This document shows positions 52,025-64,000 of a stretch of 64,000 nt of DNA, piece by piece. The notes under the pieces were generated by a model. That model ran no database searches. It saw only the letters and a list, made by a program, of their open reading frames with translations, and had not been told where the DNA came from. The translations under genes were made by a program, and so were the position numbers. The stretch is from the human T2T-CHM13v2.0 reference genome, Homo sapiens. The first letter of the stretch is position 1. Each line of letters starts with the position of its first letter. The DNA lies in NCBI RefSeq assembly GCF_009914755.1, contig NC_060930.1; one strand, given 5' to 3'.

Positions 52025-52244
52025 CAGGTGTGAGTAAATTATAGCCCACAGGCCAAATCTGCCCTGTTGCCTGTTCTCATAAAGTTCCATTGGAACACAG
52101 CCACATTTATGTGTTCATATATTGTCTGCTGCTGCTTTTGCACAACTGTAGCAGAATTGAGTAGCTGCAACAGAGATCATCTGATCTTTAAAGCCAAGAA
52201 TATTTATTATCTGGCCCTTTATAGAAAAAAGTTTGCCAACCCAA
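52025..52244 (+). mobile_element. MER58A hAT MITE
   Basis: gcccacaggccaaatctg...ttggaacacagcc...tctggccctttatagaaaaaagtttgccaaccc. Confidence 0.85.
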
Positions 52245-53597
52245 TTACATCTTCCAGTATAGGCCTCCTTAAATCTGTATGCTTCTTGTTCATTAATCAT
52301 GCTTAACTGATTTACTGCTAAAAGGATATGAATAGCATGGGAACTAGCAAAATCATGGATTAAAAATAAATATTTGAAGTATCCGCAAAGCTGCATGTGC
52401 CACAGTCAGTTTGGTGATTCTCTAACTCTCTTTGACCATTTTGAATAGAACACAGGGCTTCCAGAAATCTGCAGATCTCCAGTGAGCATTTTCCAACCCT
52501 TACACAAGTTCTTCAAAGATTTTCAGCTATTACTTAGCAAGCTTGAAGCAACATACTGTTATCAGGAGGTAGAATTTTGATTTATGAAATAGTACAACAG
52601 AGCAAAAGGTATTACTCACATCTGTACTAGATGAGATATTTATAACACAACTGCTATCAGCTCCCAAATTTCAAAACCTTTTAAACCACTTTAGCTTAGA
52701 GTACATTTCAAACACATTTTCAACTAGAGATCAACATTCAAAAGTACTTTAAAAAATACAAGTTGGAGAAAATATTCAAACGCTTTAGTATAAATATAGC
52801 ATCTTAGTATCTCTAATAATAATTGGTAGTGTGAGATTTTCTCATTGTTTAATATTTTCTAGAAGCAACTCCCTTGATCATAATCTCTAAAACCTGCCCA
52901 TAAAGTAAAAAAGAGTAACATTCTTAAAAGAAGTATTCTTGTTTTATAGAAGATACCAATGGTGTGAGCTTGGAAAATGTGTGATTTTACGAAACAAAAA
53001 CATAGTTGGACCATTTTGTGTATAAAACAAATAAAATTTGAAAAATATTTTCATATCCCAATTGGCATATTTCCCTCAGGTTTTTAAACCTGTTTGTCTG
53101 AAATTTTAATACCATTTTTTTTTACTCAAAATAGGCACTGCTGCGTCTGCCTTTTTCTTAAGTTCTCTTTGTTTTTAACCTGTTTCTAAAGGCTGCTTCA
53201 GACCAATATTTATGGGTAAGACAATCCTTGGTTTGTAACTTTTGCACTCATTACATGTTGTAACAAATATATTGCCAGCCTTCAACAATCCAGAATTGCT
53301 TAAAATTCTAAGAAACTGATTTTAAAATAATTTCCAAACACTAAGTTTACAGAACATTCAGGGTTTAATTCGATGCATCTCACGTATCTAAATTTAGCAA
53401 ACTATAAAACAGCAGTTCTAACTGGTTCCAAAGATGATCTAGTTCAGAGTTGGCTATCTAACTAAGACGATATGCCAAATCCTAATGTTTTCACTCCTTG
53501 CTTGAGGAGAGTGTTGTCACTGTGGTTTAAGGAAGATTTTTTGTGTTTAAGAATCTCCTTGTGACTGGTGCAAAGCAGTGATATCCTGTTAATTTGG

Positions 53598-55095
<1,498 letters not shown>

Positions 55096-55616
55096 TGCCA
55101 TTAATTTTAAATGTAGCAGAAGCAGCTTAATGTTGATTTGCAAAATTATCCTACATGTATTATTTCATTCATTCCTGGGAAGAGGATATTGTTATTACCT
55201 GCTTTTCACAGATGTGGAATGTGAGCTCAAAGAAGCTAAATTTTACTGGTTGTGAAGCTAGATGGATACAGAATTTGGATTCAAACCTGGGTCTTTTAAC
55301 TCCAAGATCAGATCTTGCAAAAAGAACAAAGGTAATTAGAGTTTGGACAGATATGAGAGGTCAAAGCAGGCCAAACAGGTGAGCAGTACTAATCTCCAGG
55401 ATAGTCTGGGTATTAAAGCAGTTGGAACTTCCACAAAGTCAGGGTACACAGTAGATTCAAAGCTAGGAAGACAAGGATCATAACAATATAAATACTAGGA
55501 AATGTGGTAAAACAGAAGACCCAAAATATAATGGGAACCAGGGAACCCTCAGAAGCTGAAGAGGAAAGCAAAATTGATAACCAAAAGAGTCAGCAATCAG
55601 AAAGTTACAGGAATTG

Positions 55617-55986
<370 letters not shown>

Positions 55987-56097
55987 TCATCAAGACTTCA
56001 TTGACTAATTATTTGAGTTCAGGCACATTGCTACACTGAGAATGCATTCAGCACTATCCTGGCTCTCCACAGTTTTATAATATTGTAGGAAAGATAA

Positions 56098-56498
<401 letters not shown>

Positions 56499-57235
56499 TA
56501 ATATAGCAAATTTTATGTTGTATATATTTTAACACAATTAAAAATAAATTTAAATGTATGTTTTAGAAAGAGATAAAGAGATGTATGTACATAATTACTA
56601 TACGGTTATACGGTATTACAAATCCTAGCAGGAATGTCATCTATAAAATTGTGTAGGAGCACCAAGAAGAAATCACATACAGCCCCAGTGACAAGAGATA
56701 ATCTTAATAACTGCTTCATAAGCAAAAGCTTTCATATCATTCTGGGAAGGCTGAATTGAGTTTTGTAAAGCAACAAGCTTGAGAACTCTTGACTGATTTA
56801 TGGATGGAGAAGGCCAATAGGAATATAGTTTCACCAACATTCAGCAGCAACCTACTGATAACCAGCCAAGACAGAATAAGTGAAAATAGCACAGAGGTTA
56901 AAAGACCCAGGAGATGCAAAAGTACATCCCCAGGAGAAAGGAATAGAGGTGACCTGACAGATGATGCAAGAAAGGCACACGGACTCCTCCTGCTTCAAAA
57001 TGTTGCTTCAAATCAATTCTGGTGCTAATTAATTAGGGTGACTATACAATGTATTGACCAAACCTAGTATTGAGAGTAAAGTGGATGTCTACTAATAATT
57101 ATCCAGGGCAACTGGGATAAATGGTGATCTTATATATTCGACTCTGGCTTTGGGAATTTGGCCAAGTTCCCTTTGTGAGCTTCCATTTAAATGGGAACTA
57201 TATCTACTCCAGAACTGTGAGCTTTTAATTTAAAA

Positions 57236-57236
<1 letters not shown>

Positions 57237-57267
<31 letters not shown>
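57237..57267. repeat. (TG)n microsatellite
   Basis: Direct reading. Confidence 0.95.
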
Positions 57268-57272
<5 letters not shown>

Positions 57273-58319
57273 GCCAATTTATTGTAGACAACTGAAAAAA
57301 TATTATTGATAAGTAATTAAACAAAATAATCTAGGATCTATCCCAATTCCAACTTTGGCCTTATGCCATTAATATACACTCATTAATGGAAAGTAGAAAT
57401 GACAGGGTAATCACAACGTTTAGAAGCTGAATGGGTGGGGAAATTTACTTGTACAAGAACATTCTTGATCCATTTCTGCCTACCAGGGGGCTTCTGCTGC
57501 AACTGATGTAACACTGCAGACCTCTGCATTGCAAACAGAGGTCATCCTAAGGGAGTTATCACAGACACAGGGCCAGACAGGGCAGACACATCAGGGAATA
57601 GCTTTATGTTCGAAAGAAACACCAAGTAATCTGTATGTTCTTAGGTCTGAACATCACAAGTGATCCCTTTTTCCAACTAATGGTTTCCTTCATCCCTGCT
57701 CCTTGTTTATAATGGCTGTGGGGAGTAAACCTAGGAGAGCAACTGTTGCAAATGAGCAGATCCTATGTTTGTTTCTCTCTTGTTTTGTCAGAGGGTCCAA
57801 GTGAATGCTGCAAAATTATAGCAAAAAGTAGGTGGACAGTTCACCAAAAATAAGGGATAATATTATCTTTGGTATTGTAGGTGATAATCAGGTCCTTGGG
57901 AGATCTTGCTATAGACAAGCCAGAAAACATGTACCCACTTCTATTTCAATTTCTTTTAGGGTTTATGTATTAATAGCTCAGTTTCAGTTTTCAATATGAC
58001 TTTAGGGCTAAAGGCACAATGTAGGGGAGAATACAACAATTAGTAATTTTCTCAATCTGTACTGGTCCTAAAAACCCACACTTGTAGCCCAAATGTATCT
58101 TATAATTTACACGCAGACTTCTCTCCTTGTGTATACATTACTGTTACAGGTTTTGTTACTGAGTATCTGTTGACCTTGACTTTGAATTGCTTGATCTCTC
58201 AGTGTCTCTGCTTTGCTTAACCTTAATGGCAACAATATTTTTCCTACTTTCTAGGACAGGTAAAACATGTGCTTAAAAAAAAAAAAAACCCTTAATAAGT
58301 AAAAAATGGTAATGAAGTA

Positions 58320-58470
58320 AACCAGAAATAAGTTTCAAGTTTTGTTACTTCCATTAAATTACATGACCTCAGACAAGTCACCTTATTTCTCTGGGCCTTG
58401 TACTTCTCATCTGTATAATGAAGGGACTAGGCTAAGTCCCTTCTAGTTCTAATGTTCTACCATTCTATCA
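58320..58470 (+). mobile_element. MIR SINE remnant
   Basis: tgacctcagacaagtcacc...tctctgggcct...tctcatctgtataatg core. Confidence 0.7.
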
Positions 58471-58919
58471 TTCTAAAGCCAAGCCCTTCAGACAACCAGG
58501 GTATAAGGAAGAAGGTAAGTATTTCTCACACCCTGCAGAGATTTTTAAAAAGAAAAGAAAAAGGATGTTGTTATTTATTCTTGAGATAACTTTAGGTCTT
58601 TGGGAAAGCAGGACTAGGCAGATCTTCTCTCTTATGGAGTAATTTTTTTTTTTTCAAGAAAAGATGCTATGTGCCTCTCTTGGGTGAGCACTTAATTTCC
58701 AGAATTAAAATCAATCCCAATGAAATGAAACATTCATCACAAGTGATAAAACACAAAGGTATTTGTCACAGCGTTAATAATATATGGCTATATTTAAAGC
58801 TACTCTATTGACCTGGCAATGACAAGGTGCCATTCTGAAACAGCCATATGAAGTTTCCAAAGCAACAAGCAAACACTTTCACTTTATACTCCAGAGGCAC
58901 ATTTTGCACATTTATAAGG

Positions 58920-58944
58920 CACACACACACACACACACACACAC
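58920..58944. repeat. (CA)n microsatellite
   Basis: Direct reading. Confidence 0.9.
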
Positions 58945-58971
58945 AAAGGAAGGAAAGAAAAAGATATTATG

Positions 58972-59552
58972 TATGATGGTTGATTTTAGGTGTCAAGTTG
59001 ACTGGATTAAGGAATATTCAGTTAGCTGGTAAAGCATTATTTCTGGGTGTGTCTGTGAGGGTGTTTCTGGATGAGATTGGCCTTTGAATCAGTAGACTGA
59101 GTAAGGAAGATCCACCCCAATGTGGACAGGCACCATTCCATTGGCTGAGGGTCCAGATAGAACAAAAGCAGAGGAAAGGTGAATTTGCTCACTCTCTCTA
59201 CTGAAGCTGAGATGCCCTTCTGCCCTTGGACATCAGAACTACAGTTTCCCTGGCCTTTGAACTCCAGGACTTGCACCAGTGCCTCCTTGCCCTCCCTCCC
59301 GACCCCCATCCTTGATTCTTGCACCATTGACTTACACCATTGACTTCGCTGGTTCTGAGGCTTTCAGACTTAGACGGAGCCACTCTAATGGCATCCCAGG
59401 GTTTCCAGCTTGTAGATGGCCTGTCCATGGGACTTCTCACTTTCCATAATCACCTGAGCCAATTCTCCAAATAAATCCGCTCTCATCTCTCTATCTGTCT
59501 ATCTGTATATATCCTATTGGTTCTCTCTCCCTGGAGAACCCTTATTAATATA
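58972..59552 (+). mobile_element. MLT2B-like ERVL solo LTR
   Basis: tgatggttgattttaggtgtcaagttgactggattaagg...ctggagaacccttattaata. Confidence 0.85.
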
Positions 59553-60366
59553 CTAGGTAATTTTCTTTAAACCCTCAATGAGAAGCTAAAGTAAAAAATT
59601 TATGCCTTACACATTTTGAAGACATAGATAACTTATACGTTTAATAAATTTAATAAATATGATTTCAAGTTTTGCAAAGGTAAAATCTTTTTTTAGATTC
59701 AAATATCCAAAGTAGGAAGGAGCCTACAGAATTATTTAGCTTGATCTCTTGCTACTGTGAATGACCCCAGAGTCTGCTGCACAAAAAACACCTCGGTGTT
59801 GGTGCTTAGGAACTGAAGTTCTTGTCCTGGTAGCAGCCAAGTGACGTGAAGGAAATATAGGCTTAATCCCTTATTTGCAAAGGAACATGTTTGAATGCCA
59901 AATATTATACATTATTAAAGTCATTCCAGATAGGTAGAGATCTGTCCTTTGCTGAAACAACTATAAGTACAATGATGATGACAACGAAAGCAACAGACAT
60001 CCAGAGAAACAAGCTGTATAAAACCTAACATCAGTAGTGGACGGAGTCAGAGTAAAAGGGCTTTCTTAAACTTAATTCTAATCCCTCAATTTAGTTGAAG
60101 TCCATTTCTGTCCTCAGTGAAGACATAATTGCTAGTCCTCCTTAACTTAAGCCAGAGTTTTCCATACACATAAAGATAGTTATTAGTTACGCTTTTGCTT
60201 TCCTTCATTTGTTTCTAGTGTCAAATAGAATTTTTCTTTAAAGTCACACTTCCCTCTTTTGGGGATGGAAGGCAAAGGAATTGCAGTTTCTAGTAATGAC
60301 TTCTCTATTTCCAAAAGAGCATTCTTAGAAATGCCAAACTGACTCTGGTTAAGAAAATAAATTTAC

Positions 60367-60660
<294 letters not shown>

Positions 60661-60835
60661 AAGAAAGCAAATTTACATTCCAATAAAGTAGAATCATGCA
60701 ACCAAATTGGTAACATCATTTTTAGATCTATTTGTTTTCCCGAGTATTCTGTACAGTTGTTGCTCGGTTCTTCATACAACATTACCCAACAGTGTCTGGG
60801 ACCCTCTGTCTATAGCTCCCTTTCCTTTCCTACTA

Positions 60836-61175
60836 CAAATTAAGAATCCTTCATCTGAAAATCCAACATATGAAATGCTCTGAACTCCAAATCTTTTTCA
60901 GCACTGATACAACTCCACAGGTGGAAAATTGCACACCTGACCTCATCTACAAACTTTGTTGCATACACAAGATTATTTAAAATATTGCGTAAAATTACCC
61001 CAGCTTATGTGCCTAAGTCATATAAGAAACATAAATGAATTTCATGTTTGGATTTGGGTCCCATCCCCAAGATATTTCATTAAGCATTTTCAAATATTTC
61101 AAAATCCAAAACAAAAAATCAGAAATCCAAAACACTTTTGATCACAAGCATTTTGGATAAGGAATACTCAACCTG
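60836..61175 (+). mobile_element. Tigger4b (MER46/Zombi)-like MITE
   Basis: gtggaaaattgcacacctgacctcat, gggtcccatccccaagatat, ggataaggaatactcaacctg with TA flanks. Confidence 0.85.
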
Positions 61176-63419
61176 TATTGCTATTTGGCCATCAGTCTAA
61201 AGGAAAGCAGTTTTCCATCAGGCAAAAGAAGGAAAAAGCAGCTATTGTCTAGCCTGAACCTGCTCTTTTATTTCCACACATTTTACTACTGTGATCCCTA
61301 AAATGTCGAGATGATATTGGTCCCACCAAAGGTAGAGTGTATTGGTGGAAATACCAGGTAGAAACAATTATCCAACATTCCTACCTCACCCCAATCCACA
61401 CATGGCCTCCCATAGGCCTTCTGAGGCAGGATGACACAAGGCAAATATTTTCTTTAATTAAAGAAATTGTCCCAAACCTTGCTGCCAAGAAGTGAGCCAC
61501 AACTTTAGTTAAAAGTAAGAAATCAAACGAACTAAACTAGCCTTTTCAGCAAAGCTACAAAGAGATTTTCAGGCAAGGAAATTCTAAAGATTCTATCAAC
61601 AAAAGATGCTGGACATTTTCCTGAACACAAAGTTGTGGATATTTTTGGATGCTGGAAAACACGTGATTGTCTAGGAACACAGAAGTATGCCATACAAACG
61701 TCCAGGACCCACTGGAAGAGAAAACTCTGTGAAGTCTACAACTGCGATATTTTAAGATACTTTTACAGAATGTACCTAATTATGTCATTCTAAACCTTAA
61801 ACCTACATGAACACGTATCAGAGCCAACATCTTTACATCATGCACACGTTTAACATCTCACTAACGCTTGTGAGCAGGAGAATAAAGTCTTTGTGTTAGC
61901 AACAAAAGCATCATACTGCTTCCTTCAGACAACACCCACTTTTGTGTAGCCAAACCCTCCAACTCTGAAGCTTTTAATAAGCTACTTGCCCACAAATTAA
62001 AAGAGATTCTCCAATTCCATCACTAGAAAAGAATGTGATTTCAGCATCACAAGAGTAAATAAAATAGTAATCCTAGTGCCATAAATTATGCATCTTTCAT
62101 CTCAAAGGACAATAAATAAAGCATCTTTCATCCCTATGAATCCTGAAGCAGTTAACAATTTATACACTAGCATGGGGGAATCAATTGATTCATCACTGAA
62201 AGGCATCCTGCTCTGGGATGCTGTAGTATTTTGTTAATAGCACACACAAGCCTTACTGAAAGATGAGAAGCAAGGAAATGTTACTCCAATGGTTTACGTT
62301 TGAGAGATTTAAGTAGAGGTGATAGGACTCTAATTGCAATTCACTCACAGTAAGAGTTCTCTCTCATTTGAGCTCAAGACTTCCCAGATACAAAGGTATA
62401 ATTCTTCAAAGGTCATTGCTAGTGTTCCCATTTCTTCTCACATGGTTTTTTACAATACACTTTTTTGAAGCAAATATTTACTCACATCATTCACCTGTTG
62501 AAATACCTTGTCACTCTTCTTTGCCTAGCATGAAACTTCTTAGTATGGCATGAAGGGTTCTCGACCTCCTAGCTGCTGATTTTGGAAGATCCTCCACCAT
62601 TCAACAACCCTGGATGAGTTATTCTCAACTGTTGGGAGAGAAGGATCCAGGGTAAAGATAAGGCGACCATATACCTTGCCATTCAAACTGAGCCACATGT
62701 GAGAGTGCAAGGAACATACAACAGTAATATTTACATCAGAACAAGAGTAAACTGGGAATGTCCATGGCACACAGGACTATGACTCCCCCCAGTGAAGGGA
62801 AACATCTCATAAGAGTTTCTGAAAGGTTTGTGTAGGGGGTCATAAGCAGTTTGATAAAACATATTTAATATTCCTGGTGCCTTTGTAACAGCATCCACAG
62901 CTGAACAACACATTTCTGGCTGGCTTGGCTTCTCTAGAAGACAGAATGAGAAAGCATTATAGGAGTTTTGAGTTTTGAAAGGTTGGATAACACTGTTCTA
63001 GAATCAGCATGGCAAAATTCTGTCTGAAAACCCACCAAGCTCTCTGAGCTGCACTTGAAGACATGTGGTACCACTTCAGTGCTCCTGAAGAGAGCTGGCA
63101 TGATCAGAAAGAGGAGCTCTGTTCCCAAGCCCTTGTCTCTGGCACTGAATGAACCTCTGGATGGGTGCCAAAGGCTTTACAAAGGTTGTATTTTCCTCAT
63201 TCACACGTTAGAGATATAACATCAGTGGTGATGACTAGTACCGAGAGCCATATTTTCTCATTCCATGCCAAATATGGCATTTCATTAATGAACTAGGCAT
63301 CTCTCTCTATATTATAGACCCTGGAGTTAGTTATGATCAAATAGGAAAAATTTCATCTACTGAACCATTAACTTCACTCTACAAGTATTTACATTTTTCT
63401 TTAAAAAAACTTATTTTCA

Positions 63420-63691
<272 letters not shown>

Positions 63692-63748
63692 TTCAAATAC
63701 ATATTCAACACTGAGACTCTATAGTACCACAATGCAGCAGCACATTGA

Positions 63749-63835
63749 CTTGGCTTCTGAAAAGTACCTTAAAGCATCCTTTCCCCAGTCTTGGCTTCTG
63801 AAAAATACCTTAAAGCATCCTTTCCCCAGTCTTGG
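63749..63835. repeat. 41-bp tandem duplication (2 copies, 1 mismatch)
   Basis: cttggcttctgaaaa(g/a)taccttaaagcatcctttccccagt at 63749 and 63790, followed by cttgg. Confidence 0.95.
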
Positions 63836-63899
63836 GCTCAGTCTGTGTGAGAGTTAGGTTTTCTGCTTGTTTGGTTTTAACTTTAAAAAAAAAAATTGT

Positions 63900-64000
63900 G
63901 GCCAGGCACGGTGGCTCACGCCTGTAATCCCAGCACTTTGGGAGGCGGAGGTGGGCAGATCACCTGAGGTCAGGAGTTCAAGATCAGCCTGGCTAACACA
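63900..64000 (+). mobile_element. Alu left arm, cut by the window edge
   Basis: ggccaggcacggtggctcacgcctgtaatccc. Confidence 0.95.

Noticed and set aside
62368-63128. Chain of short minus-strand ORFs as a frameshifted pseudogene
   Set aside because: The translations resemble no family I can name; kept only as a low-interest non-coding candidate.

Overview
Primate (hominoid, probably human) genomic DNA, AT-rich and dominated by transposable elements. I can recognise no host protein-coding gene, RNA gene or CRISPR array; the only recognisable ORFs are broken LINE-1 ORF1/ORF2/ORF0. Main contents: two full-length same-strand L1PA elements (9338-15497 and 22748-28868); a ~12.7 kb nested stack (MER58A > old L1MB > full-length L1PA13-like > Alu and MLT2A, plus MER44 and Tigger2a); two MER1A transposons each split by a complete THE1 MaLR provirus; several solo LTRs; and 11 Alus. 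Subfamily names come from my recollection of consensus sequences and need RepeatMasker/Dfam confirmation; some boundaries are approximate. I found no convincing new gene system. The most unusual signals are (1) two independently inserted L1s of different age that share many non-consensus variants, suggesting patchy ectopic gene conversion, and (2) at least four locally templated direct/inverted insertions resembling polymerase-theta end-joining scars within ~15 kb.
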